This document shows, one piece after another, positions 30,501-39,702 of a stretch of DNA of 57,415 nt. Source of the stretch: a virus (Duplodnaviria > Caudoviricetes); the IMG/VR virus record IMGVR_UViG_3300022707_004402, positions 1 to 57,415 of that record. The stretch is one strand, 5' to 3'. The position numbers and the translations under genes were made by a program. Positions within the stretch are counted from its first letter, which is position 1, and the number at the start of each line of letters is the position of its first letter. The notes under the pieces are model-generated. The model was not told the DNA's origin. It saw nothing but the letters and a program-made list of their open reading frames with translations, and ran no database searches.

Positions 30501-33500
30501 GAGGCCGCTGAGGGGCAGTCTTTTATTGCCTTTGATTCAAACCAAGTTAAATCTGCGACTGGCAATCTTGGGAAATATTCTCCCGAAGAATCTGATATTC
30601 GATTCATTAGGAAAGAAGATCTCATCAAACCCAAGGAGCCAAAAGTTGTCCCCCCCACACCTAAAGGAATGCTGGAATTTGAACGAAAACGAGATATTGA
30701 AGCGGCAAAAATTAAAAAAGAAAAGGTTGATGAATTTCCTTTTAAAGAAATAACCCCCGAAGAAATAAAACGTCTTGGGGAAAAGAAAAAGGCCGAAGCG
30801 GAAAAAGAAAAGAAAAAGCGGGCAGAATTCCCATTTAAGGAAACTCCGGAACAAAAAGCCCTTCGGGAAGGCAAATTACCTTTTCCTACGCTTGTCCGTA
30901 AAAAGCCCATTCCTGATACAGAGATGAAAGCCCTAAAAGCCAGACTGACGGCTATGGAGGCTATTGGAAGAAAGGCTCCTACCGATAAACAAATTCAAGC
31001 AAAAATAACTAAATTGGCTAATCAGATTGAGAAGCTGAAAAGGGTTGAGATTAAAAAACCAGAGAAAATTATTACTCGAAAACCCACAATTAAGCAACAA
31101 ATTAAATATGCAATTATGCCTTCAAAGGGTGAAGAATTAAAAAATCTTAACCAGAGATTGCTAATGGAGGAAATCGCTGCCAAAGAGGGAGTAAAATCCT
31201 ATAAAAGCCAACTCCAAAGCATCTCTTTGTCCATGGATAAGCTCCGTATTGCCGAACGTGCGGCTGAACGGCAAAGACTTAGGATGGTCATTTCCGACAA
31301 ACAATCCAAAGTGGCCGATGTTAAGCGACAGGTCATGAATTATATGACAGCCCGGAAACTGGATCCCAAAGACCGGGCCAAAATCCTGAGCCGAATTCGG
31401 CCTATTACCACTGTTGTTCCGTTGCGTCGGGTCATTGACATGATCGATATTGTGGAAGGAAAGTCCCGGAAATCCGCTGCGATCACAGCCCTGAAAAAAG
31501 TGGTAAAAAAGGCCAATATCAAGAAAATGAGGCCAGAATTTGCCAATACAATCAGCGGTATTTTGGATGGTCTGAGTTTAGTTACCCCTACCCGGAAAAC
31601 AATTTCCAAGCTGGAAAGTCTGAAAAAACACATTGAATCGGATCCGGATCACATGGTTCCAGATGGTCAGCTGGCCCGATTGTCCTTGCTTTCCAAGACC
31701 CCTGTTGCGGATATGAAGGTGGAAGACGTTGAAGAAATTACGAATAGCGTTAAACAACTGATTGCCCTGAATAAATTAAAAAACAAATTGATCATGAAGG
31801 GCCGGTACATGGACTTTTTTAAGGCCCGGGATCAAGCGGTAGAAAACTTGAAAAAAACCGGGGATATGCAATGGGTGGCATTTAATGAAGACGGATCCAA
31901 AGCAAAGATATTTAAGGAATTTGCTAAAGCCGAGGGGTATGCCCGACCCAAAGGCTGGTCTGTTGCCCGTCGGGATGAGGCTTTTGATCTGGGCACCTAC
32001 ACTAAAAGCCGGGATGCCAATGGATTGGTACGATTCTTCACAACCCAATCTTATAATGCCGAATTAGTAACTGAAATCCTGGACGGATTCAGGGAATCCT
32101 ATAATGAAATGGATCCAAAAGATATGGTTCGGCAGGTTTTTTATGAGGGCATTAACGATGGCCATAACAAAACTTTGGCATTCAGACAGGGCGCCGAGGA
32201 TTATTTTGCTCAGACTTTAAGAGGCCTTGACACCACAAAAATGAGCCGGCATTTTCATCCGACGGCAAAGAAACAGCGTAAATTTGTTGATACCCGCAGG
32301 ATTTATTTGCCCAGTCTTAAAAAGCATGTGACCTTTGCCCCAGGGGAAGTAATCAGTCTTTATTTGCATACCCTCAATGAACAGAACCTGGATCATCTTT
32401 TAAAAGGTGGTTTTGCGTTCCCTGGAAACAATAAAATGATTTTTAAGATTGATGGCGGAGACCTTCAGGCCATTACCAAGACCCTGACCAAAGAGGAAAA
32501 ACAAGTTGCCTCGGTGGTCCATAACTTTTTTAATGACATCCAACAGAAGGCGATCAATGAGGCCAGTGTCGAGCTTAATGGGTTTGAATTGGCCACGGTA
32601 GAGAATTACTTTCCGATCCGGGCTAATCCGGTTACCATCAAACGGGATGAATTGAAAATGAAGCATACGCCGGCCAGCATGCAATCGTTTAATGTGAACA
32701 GCTTGGAAGCAATGGGCATGTTACAAGAGCGGAAGGGTGCTAAAAATGGAATCATTTTGGATGACGTGTTTTATGCGCTTGCCAATTCAATCCGGGGATC
32801 CAGTTCTTATATTGGCCTGGCCAAACCGTTGCGCAATGCCAAAATGCTTTTACGGGATCAGAAGTTTCAGACCCAGGTTACTTTCCGGCATGGGAAACAT
32901 TACATCGATTATTTGCATGGATACCTGCAAGACCTGGAGGGCCGTAGTTTCCGAGCGGAACACATCGATAATTTACTGCGGGGATTAAAAAACAACTTTG
33001 TTATCGCAAAACTCGGGCTTAATCCCTGGGTCATTATGAAACAGCCCATTTCCTACATGGGGGCCTTGACTGAATTGGATGCCAAACATTGGGTCAAAGG
33101 CGCAATCAAAGGTGCACCACTCGAAGAAATGGTTAAATGGAGCTCCAGGATGAGGGCCCGTTTTGAAGGGGCAATGAATAAAGAAATGGGCGAAATGATG
33201 GCCTCAGTCGAAGCCAGGAAATTGGTAAATGCAGATGATCGAACTTTTCGGGATAAAATGATTAGTACTGTTATGGCCGGAATTGGCAAGTTTGACTTTT
33301 TGGCTGTAAGTAGAATTTGGAATGCAGCAAAATCTGAAGTCAAAGAAAAAGTTCCAAACATTTCAAATGATGAACTAATGAGACTTACAGCTAAAAGAAC
33401 TGAAGAAATTGTACGCCTTACCCAACCCACTTTTGATATAATAGATCGTTCTGAAATTGGGAGGAGTACCAGTGTTTTAATGAATGGCATCACAATGTTT

Positions 33501-34406
33501 ACCAGTCAGCGGAATAAAAATGTTATGATTATCCGTCGGGCGATGGAACGATACAAACGCACTGAGCGAATGGCGGCTGATAAAGCCCGATTGGTAGGGG
33601 ATGCCTCAATTGTTTTCCTTATTCAAGGTTTATTGCTGTACCTGGTGGATCGTGGGCGGGATTTAATGTTTGGCCGATTTGGGGAACTTGATGACGACGA
33701 CGAGGAATACACATTGGTGGATGAGCTTGGGTACATTGCTGATAAAATCGTGTCCACGGCTATCGGGAATTATTATGTGGTTGGGGATCTTTGGAAAAAT
33801 CTCAAGGATAAAATGCAGAAAAAACCATGGGGGAAACGGGATCCACTCAATGTTCCGGGCTTTCAAATCACTGGAGAATTACTCCAAACCGGCGCCAATA
33901 TTAAAAATTTAATTACTGATAAAGTTTTTCAAGAAGAAACCAAGCGTGAATCGGCAATGACCAAGAAGGAAAAAGTGAAATTCAAACAGCAAAAGCAAAA
34001 ATATGATGAGCGCTGGGAAAAGAATTTTTGGTATACCATGGATCGCCTGGCATCAATGGCTGGATCCGCTACCGGGGTGCCATACGATTCACCCAAAAAT
34101 TTGATAGTTAAACCTATTCAAGCCCATCTCATCAAAGAAACCAGGGAAATGGAGAAAATGTCCAAATGGATGAATAGTGATGATGCTGTCAACGCTGCAA
34201 AATTTTTTGAATGGTATACCAAAAGCCCATCCAATCAAGGGAAGATTCAAAAGTATATGGATAAAGAAAAAGGATTGGTTCCAAATGTGTTTCGGCAACG
34301 TCGGACAGCAGCTAAACGCAAGGCTCGGAAAGGTTTGGATGATCAATTCAGGCTTGGAGAAATCTCGGTTTCCGAGTATAACCGTTATAAAAGGCATGTA
34401 AAATGA
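27518..34406 (+). CDS. Large polyvalent virion protein (~2300 aa) with zincin and ADP-ribosyltransferase-like domains; frameshifted at the G9 tract 28669-28677
   Basis: Removing one G joins 27518..28696 to 28725..34406 (…EGLTELGQGGVSNHFLKQ…); IGHELTH zincin motif; VYHGT...GFHFG...VPVYLSLKNP...KGYDGIVY...QVKSATGN.G.YS...DIRF ART-like motifs. Confidence 0.8.
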
Positions 34407-35050
34407 TAACAATGCAAAATCACATTGCTCACTTTCAAGACCGGGAAAACACTCCGATTGACATGATTGTGCTCCATTATATTAGCGCAATTAATGTGAT
34501 GCCCCAAGAGCCATTTAATTTGGCTCGCTGCATTAAAATTCTGGAGGACATGGGATTTTCCTATAATTTTATGGTCGGCCGGCAGGGTGAATGGGTTGAG
34601 TTGGTTCCGGAAGCGTTTGCCTCAATAGGAAACGGGAGGTCCAAATGGAAAATTAAATCCGGATTTCATAAGAAAAAGAAGTGGACTAACAATCGATCAG
34701 TTACAGTCGCAGTGATTGGAATGGATGGAACAAAATTCACGCCATACCAGTACGAAACTGTGATTATAAAGACTGGTGATATTGTGAGGCGTCGGGATAT
34801 TAAAGAAGATATGTTTATATCGCACGAACACATCTCTCCAGGAAGAAAAATCGACATTGGTCGTTATTGGGACTGGAACCGCGTTTATGATCCTATTTAC
34901 CGGCCGGGTGTAACCGCCATGGATAAACAGATTGCGCCTGTTGTGGAGCCCGAACCTTCCAGGCTTTCGAGTGGAAAAGAATCAAATAATTTTGTCCGGT
35001 CGCTCTCTGCGATTATGGATGTTCTTAACAAATTATTTAAAAAGGAGTAA
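34403..35050 (+). CDS. Endolysin, N-acetylmuramoyl-L-alanine amidase (Amidase_2/AmpD-like)
   Basis: IVLHYIS, SYNFMVGRQG and SHEHISPGRKIDIG carry the His/His/Asp zinc ligands. Confidence 0.85.
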   Translation: MITMQNHIAHFQDRENTPIDMIVLHYISAINVMPQEPFNLARCIKILEDMGFSYNFMVGRQGEWVELVPEAFASIGNGRSKWKIKSGFHKKKKWTNNRSVTVAVIGMDGTKFTPYQYETVIIKTGDIVRRRDIKEDMFISHEHISPGRKIDIGRYWDWNRVYDPIYRPGVTAMDKQIAPVVEPEPSRLSSGKESNNFVRSLSAIMDVLNKLFKKE

Positions 35051-35052
35051 AT

Positions 35053-35223
35053 ATGGGATTCTTAAAAAGAATCGGATTGACTAAAACTTTTTTAGGGGCC
35101 GCCCTGCCTATGCTTGGGAAAGCCGTTCATGATGCCATCGCAAAGGATTATGCTGGCGCATTTGAATCTCTGGTTCAAGCTTTGGCCATTATGTTCATTA
35201 GGGATGGAATAGCCCGGAAATAA
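35053..35223 (+). CDS. Putative holin (56 aa, below the ORF-track cutoff)
   Basis: MGFLKRIGLTKTFLGAALPMLGKAVHDAIAKDYAGAFESLVQALAIMFIRDGIARK; AAGGAG RBS; two hydrophobic segments; follows the endolysin. Confidence 0.6.
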   Translation: MGFLKRIGLTKTFLGAALPMLGKAVHDAIAKDYAGAFESLVQALAIMFIRDGIARK

Positions 35224-35285
35224 AAAAAGGGCTGAGGATTTCTCCCCAGCACCTTCGGTTGGAAAAGGGCAAGGAGGCCCTTAAC

Positions 35286-35657
35286 TCATAAACAACTCAA
35301 CTGATTCTGAGTGGCAAACGCTTCCTTCAAACTGTTCGCTGCCTTCTGAATTTTAAACGCACGCTCCTCCATGTGATTGATCGTGTCATTGATTTCATCA
35401 ATATTTTTTGCCCAAAAGTAACCATCATTATTTGATCCGATTGGAAAACCATCCTCACATCGAGCAAACGAAACAATTGTTCTTAATGATTTGCCACCAA
35501 TTCCGAAATATTCTTCCAATGTTTTTGATGAAACGGGCTTATTTTTTCTTCCATTAAGCTGAATAAACTCAATGGCATTACGATATATTTTTGAATATAG
35601 TTTCCCTTTTTTAAACCGCTCAATCTCCAAATTATATCGGGGAAAGTCGGTCAGCAT
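35286..35657 (-). CDS. Putative winged-helix DNA-binding protein
   Basis: SSKTLEEYFGI...LRTIV..AR...GFPIGS...GYFWA pattern. Confidence 0.6.
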   Translation of the reverse strand: MLTDFPRYNLEIERFKKGKLYSKIYRNAIEFIQLNGRKNKPVSSKTLEEYFGIGGKSLRTIVSFARCEDGFPIGSNNDGYFWAKNIDEINDTINHMEERAFKIQKAANSLKEAFATQNQLSCL

Positions 35658-35941
35658 TATTGCCTCACAGCTGGAATGTCTGGTTGGGGGGCTGGTTTTT
35701 GCGGAGGAAATAATTGTTCATAAGTCATGTCTTTGAAGCGCATCATTACAGCAGAATATTTGCAAGCAAAGATACACGCCCCCTCTACGGTTTTGGTGTT
35801 CTCGACCATAACAGGATTTTGCAAAATTGCATTCAAGGCCGCCCGTTGGAATTTATACCGCTCCTTATCCTGATCAGAGATTTTTGAATCAGGTACTTTG
35901 ATTAGTGGTTTTTTCCCGTTCTTCGATTGTTTTGACATCAT
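35657..35941 (-). CDS. Hypothetical protein
   Basis: 94-aa ORF, AAGGAGGA RBS, coupled to the downstream gene. Confidence 0.65.
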   Translation of the reverse strand: MMSKQSKNGKKPLIKVPDSKISDQDKERYKFQRAALNAILQNPVMVENTKTVEGACIFACKYSAVMMRFKDMTYEQLFPPQKPAPQPDIPAVRQ

Positions 35942-36293
35942 CGTCCTCCTTTGGTTTAAGTTTAAAATTCATATTTAATGCAAACATTCGATTAACCAGG
36001 ACTCTTTTGACCTGATCATAGTCAATTTTCCCTGGTACATATTGGAGCACTACCCACCCAAGTTCAATTGCCGCATTGAATTTTTCCATGTCACGAATAT
36101 GACCTCTTCCCTGGTGAGCGCCGCCCCTTTTGCGAAAGATGCCTCCATTAATTTCAATCGCAGTTTTGGATTTTGTCCAGGCGAAATCGAAACGCCAGAG
36201 TCTTTTCGGATGAAAGAAATATTCTCCTTCTGGGGCCGGCAAACCAAACTCCCGAAGGATTCCAGGATTGAAGTGAAAATTGTCGTCATGCAT
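35889..36293 (-). CDS. PD-(D/E)XK-type endonuclease (DUF559/Vsr-like)
   Basis: EYFFHPKRLWRFDFAW...AIEINGG...RDMEKFNAAIELGWVVL; start placed at ATG 36293. Confidence 0.8.
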   Translation of the reverse strand: MHDDNFHFNPGILREFGLPAPEGEYFFHPKRLWRFDFAWTKSKTAIEINGGIFRKRGGAHQGRGHIRDMEKFNAAIELGWVVLQYVPGKIDYDQVKRVLVNRMFALNMNFKLKPKEDDDVKTIEEREKTTNQST

Positions 36294-37197
36294 GTGGATT
36301 GAATTTATGATTACAATTAGGGCACTGAACCATTTGTGCAAGCTCTTTTTTCGCGGCCTCTACGGCTTCCCGCTCCTTGGCTTCTGCTTCTTTCTGGGCG
36401 GCAAAGGCTCTCCGTTGGAGATCCTCCCTTTCGGCTTCAAGCCTGGATCGTTCTTGGGCTGCTTTTTTTTCTGCGGCCCCAGCCTCTTCCTTTAATTTCC
36501 GTTCACGTTCCTGAGCTTCCGCCTTTTCCAGGGCCGCCTTTTTTTCGATGGCTTCACGTTCGGCCCGGGCCTTGGCTTCGGCAGCCTCTCTTTCCTCGCG
36601 TTCTTTCAACTGAAGCGCCAAGAACTCCTGCTGTTTTTTTGCGGCTTCGGCCCGTTCCTTAACCAGCTGGGCTTCCTTTTCTTCGGCTTCTTTTTTCAGA
36701 CGAGCATTTTCTTCCTGTTGTTTCCGGAGCTGAGCCATTCTTTCGGCAGCCTCTTTTAAGCGTTGTTCCTCAGCTGCTTTTTCTGCAGCCACTCTTTTTT
36801 CAGCCAAAATTCTTTGGGCTTCCTTGGCCGCCTCAATTTCCGCAAACTTTTCCTGTTCGCCCAAATATTCTTCAATGGGAACGATCAAAGCTTTCAAAAC
36901 ATTGGCAATGCCGTCAATGGCCTTACCCTCCCGCACTATCTCCTGCTTTAATTTTACTCGTGATTTCTCAATTGCAATTCTTTTTTCCCGGAGAAATAGC
37001 CGTCCGGTTCGAGCAATTTTCATGTCGGTTTCCTGGGATATGTCAGTGACTTTGATGAATTTGGCCCTTTCTTCCCATTCGGCAGCGATTTTAAAATAAT
37101 CATGGAATTGATCCAAAATAGCCTGGGCCTTGCTCCCAACCAAGCCACTCTTGTCCACGATTTCTTTTAACGGATTTATTTGAATAGCTGTTTCCAT
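36286..37197 (-). CDS. Coiled-coil phage protein (Glu/Ala/Lys-rich) with C-terminal CPNC
   Basis: 303 aa; R..LK...EGKAID...I.PIEEYL pattern followed by a long EAK-rich helix. Confidence 0.75.
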   Translation of the reverse strand: METAIQINPLKEIVDKSGLVGSKAQAILDQFHDYFKIAAEWEERAKFIKVTDISQETDMKIARTGRLFLREKRIAIEKSRVKLKQEIVREGKAIDGIANVLKALIVPIEEYLGEQEKFAEIEAAKEAQRILAEKRVAAEKAAEEQRLKEAAERMAQLRKQQEENARLKKEAEEKEAQLVKERAEAAKKQQEFLALQLKEREEREAAEAKARAEREAIEKKAALEKAEAQERERKLKEEAGAAEKKAAQERSRLEAEREDLQRRAFAAQKEAEAKEREAVEAAKKELAQMVQCPNCNHKFNPHA

Positions 37198-37490
37198 TAT
37201 TCCTCCTTTTCGGGTTCTTTCATGACTTCAATTATCCATTTTTTTGTTTTTTTCTCCAGACATATCCTCAAGGGACGGTCATGGATTTTGGTATTCATTT
37301 TAATTTCAACATTGGCGGCCTCAATCAAAGTGTTGGCCTCAGCGTTTAATTTTTTTGCTTTTTCTTGGAAATCAGCGGCTTTATCCAGTAACATTGATTC
37401 TGAATCGGTAGCATATCTCAGATTCACAAAATCATTGCCGCCAATTCCAAGCATTCGTTTAATAAAATCAGGGGGTTCACCCATTTCCAT
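37197..37490 (-). CDS. Hypothetical protein
   Basis: 97 aa, AAGGAG RBS, TAATG coupling. Confidence 0.65.
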   Translation of the reverse strand: MEMGEPPDFIKRMLGIGGNDFVNLRYATDSESMLLDKAADFQEKAKKLNAEANTLIEAANVEIKMNTKIHDRPLRICLEKKTKKWIIEVMKEPEKEE

Positions 37491-37502
37491 TTTTTTCTCC
37501 TT

Positions 37503-37625
37503 TTAGTCTAATTTCTTACCCTTTCTTCCAATCATTTCCCCAAATACGTAGGGAGCAAGTGGACCCAAATTAATTTTGTGTTTTTCAGCGAATTGCCAAA
37601 GCCAAGTAAAAAAAGCTTTTCTCAT
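37503..37625 (-). CDS. Small hypothetical protein (40 aa)
   Basis: MRKAFFTWLWQFAEKHKINLGPLAPYVFGEMIGRKGKKLD; ATGA-coupled and fills the gap. Confidence 0.55.
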   Translation of the reverse strand: MRKAFFTWLWQFAEKHKINLGPLAPYVFGEMIGRKGKKLD

Positions 37626-37810
37626 ACTCCGTAATTCCTACCTTTAAGGATATAAGTTTTTCCGCTTTTTAAAGTTACCATTGTACCATCATACATAGGA
37701 CCGACGCTTTGAATTTCATTCGATGAAAATCGAACAAAACCAGAATCATATAATCCGCCAGCTAATTTATATTCTCGTTCATTTTGGTTAAAATTATCAA
37801 ATACACTCAT
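37622..37810 (-). CDS. Hypothetical protein (62 aa)
   Basis: Start moved to ATG 37810 (MSVFDN) behind GAAGGAG; the longer call overlaps a structured RNA. Confidence 0.6.
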   Translation of the reverse strand: MSVFDNFNQNEREYKLAGGLYDSGFVRFSSNEIQSVGPMYDGTMVTLKSGKTYILKGRNYGV

Positions 37811-37837
37811 TTTGCTTCTTCTCCTTCCGTTAATAGC

Positions 37838-37912
37838 GGCCAAGGGGGTTAGGGCTTCCAGGCTCAACTCAAGCCAGCCCATCGTTTCCTATGGCACCCA
37901 TACCCCTTAACC
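37838..37912 (-). ncRNA. Structured RNA, last unit of array 1
   Basis: Terminal stem GGTTAAGGGG/CCCCTTGGCC (G-U pairs on the minus strand), CCAT..GAAA..ATGG hairpin, GGGCT/AGCCC stem; begins right after TAATTT. Confidence 0.55.
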
Positions 37913-37921
37913 AAATTAGTA

Positions 37922-38032
37922 GCAGACTATATTTTTCAAACATCCGGTCTGCCGGCGGAATGTGTCCATGCTAAACTAAGTCACCCGAAGGATCGTTTTA
38001 CACGCCACATGGCTAATGTATCTCAGCATGGA
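37922..38032 (-). ncRNA. Structured RNA unit of array 1
   Basis: 8-bp closing stem TCCATGCT/AGCATGGA (37965-38032) with an inner CC-TTCG-GG hairpin, plus a trailing GCAGAC/GTCTGC hairpin. Confidence 0.55.
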
Positions 38033-38042
38033 TCAAATTAAG

Positions 38043-38156
38043 GCCAAAGGAACCGGGCCGGTGGACACGGTTCTACCCGTGTAATAATCCAATTGGCACT
38101 ACGAAAAGACCGTTCCGGGTATGTACTAAGAGTTTTCGCATAACAATTCCTTTGAC
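38043..38156 (-). ncRNA. Structured RNA unit of array 1
   Basis: 10-bp closing stem GTCAAAGGAA/TTCCTTTGGC; inner GCGAAAA/TTTTCGT and ACACGG/CCGTGT stems. Confidence 0.6.
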
Positions 38157-38167
38157 GCAATTAAAAA

Positions 38168-38231
38168 GGACCGCCAGGGCTTTTTGGCCTTCCACCCCTG
38201 GGAAGTATCATTGTCGCCTTTCGGCCGGTCC
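38168..38231 (-). ncRNA. Structured RNA unit of array 1 (mini-cloverleaf)
   Basis: GGACCG/CGGTCC closing stem, GCC-GAAA-GGC hairpin, CCAGGG/CCCTGG arm. Confidence 0.6.
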
Positions 38232-38239
38232 CAAATTAA

Positions 38240-38381
38240 TACAGGGCTTTCACCTGTTGCGGCGGTGCATCCCAAAGACGGGTAAGCCCTTGGTCCCCTC
38301 TGCCTGCTTTCATAGTGCAGAACCCTTTCGGGCCGGTGGTATCTGAAAACAAACTGCATTCCCTGTCGTTTAACCGCACAG
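38240..38381 (-). ncRNA. Structured RNA unit of array 1
   Basis: TGCGG/CCGCA stem, TGCAG/CTGCA stem with CCC-GAAA-GGG, and a 3' T-arm-like hairpin ACAGG-TGAAAGC-CCTGT. Confidence 0.55.
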
Positions 38382-38390
38382 AAATTAAAT

Positions 38391-38479
38391 GGCGCGTAAT
38401 GGGATGACTAAAGCATTGCAAACCCGAAGATTCACAACGTAGCTAAACCTTTCGATAAAGCCCACCCCACTATTACGCC
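38391..38479 (-). ncRNA. Structured RNA unit of array 1 (three-way junction)
   Basis: GGCGTAAT/ATTACG(CG)CC and GGGGTG/CATCCC stems; one GAAA-capped and one C-TTCG-G-capped arm, with several G-U pairs on the minus strand. Confidence 0.65.
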
Positions 38480-38489
38480 AAATTAAAAA

Positions 38490-38606
38490 AGACTGCACCA
38501 GGATTCGAACCTGAACGGGCTGAAAGCCCACAGGGTGACCCCTGCGCGTCTACCACTGGTACCCCAGACAAAGTTTGGATATGCTTTGTATTTCCGCCAT
38601 ACAGTC
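38490..38606 (-). ncRNA. tRNA-like RNA (class II scaffold, expanded D-loop, collapsed anticodon loop)
   Basis: 7-bp acceptor GACTGTA/TGCAGTC; TGGCGGAA...GGTAGACGC D-arm with two inserted hairpins; GCAGGG-GTCA-CCCTGT anticodon arm; GGGCT-TTC-AGCCC variable arm; TCAGG-TTCGAAT-CCTGG T-arm. Confidence 0.75.
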
Positions 38607-38613
38607 CTTTAAA

Positions 38614-39676
38614 TTATTTATTCTCCCCAGCCTTATGAATTCTTTCTATTTCATCATCCACAGTTTTCTTTGCCAGCTGCAATTGTTCCAGAGTGGCACC
38701 AAGTAATGATTGCTGATTTGGGAACAAACTGAAAAGTAATTTATTGGTATACTCTTTGCCTGCCGTTTGAAGCAAGCCCTCGCATGATATGCTGTATTCA
38801 TTTTGAGCGGCTTCCAGATCAGTAATGGGAGTAGATTGTTTTGGAGTTGGATATTCCGCTGGTTTTTCAGTTTTATTTGCGGCCGGTTTTGTTGGCTTCG
38901 GTTTTGTTGGTTTTTCATCGGTTACAATCTCAGCCTCAGCCGTAGTAACATTGGCAAAATCTTCTCCATATTCCACTTTATTATCATGATCGATTGCTTC
39001 GAGCAGTTCAACGCTCATAGGCATTAGTATTGAATGTCGGCGTATGGCAGTTTTTCTTCCCATGGCAGAAAAATTATTAATCCAGGGGCCACTATCTTTT
39101 GCTTTAGACATTTCTCTGGCTCTATTCACACCCACCATTTATGAGCTTGGTGTAGCAATAAAAGAATTTAGGTTTTCCGACGCCATGATTGTCTCCATAG
39201 ATATGCTTTAAGTGGCCATTGGACCCAAATTCGTATTCAAAAAGATCACCCTCATAAACTACATCGGGATGAATATTGGCAAGCTGTCCTGATCGATAAG
39301 CCAGATCAATGTACCCCCGGTATCCAACAATAAAAGTAGCTTCCATCTTTTTGGTTTTTCCGTTTTTAAACGGGATTAAATGTGACTGTTGTAAGGGCCC
39401 GTCAGGCTCAAGTCCTAATTGACAAGAATCTTTAACAGCCAATATTATTGAGGTTGGAGAACAATCTAAAAGTATGGGATTTCTGGTTAAAGTTGCTTGA
39501 ACAACCTTAAAAATACGTTTTTCTGTCAAATGCTTTGGTGATATTGATACAATATCGGTTAAGGATTTTTCCAACTTAATCAGAGTTTCTGATTTGTTTT
39601 TTTCACGACTGGTAGTTAATTTTCCGGTGAGTTGGCTTTGCATGGATTCTGCGGCCATATCTTTTGTTCCGGCCAT
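38614..39676 (-). pseudogene. recT: RecT-family ssDNA annealing protein, disrupted by an apparent internal deletion/frameshift near 39130
   Basis: N-part: LLDCSPTSI...LGLEP, IVGYRGYIDLAYRSG, VVYEGD.FEY. C-part in another frame: SKAKDSGPW...MGRKTAIRR...PMSVE. About 10 conserved residues are missing at the junction. Confidence 0.8.
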
Positions 39677-39702
39677 ATTTTCTCCTTTGTTAAGATTCCC
39701 GT

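Noticed and set aside
91-34412. Numerous antisense and out-of-frame ORFs inside the structural genes (e.g. 15458..15937, 28680..29372, 33053..33493)
   Set aside because: They are shadow frames of long, well-supported genes and lack RBSs or motifs.
34660-34730. Inactive endolysin because the AmpD catalytic Glu position reads Ala (SVTVAVIG)
   Set aside because: Zinc ligands are intact and the Tyr of SYNF could serve as in T7-lysozyme-type amidases, so there is not enough evidence for inactivity.
38126-38421. ORFs 38126..38359, 38152..38346 and 38236..38421, and the 37811-37882 extension of ORF 37622
   Set aside because: No convincing RBS or protein-like features; they overlap the structured RNA units.
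38490-38606. Selenocysteine or opal-suppressor tRNA (TCA in the loop) and stop-codon recoding
   Set aside because: The loop is 4-6 nt with no U33 context and the acceptor stem is 7 bp. Genes are long in the standard code and TGA ends many coupled genes.
37838-38616. CRISPR array or mini-array
   Set aside because: The only repeated element is a 5-6 nt linker, units vary from ~65 to ~140 nt and are strongly folded, and no cas genes are present.
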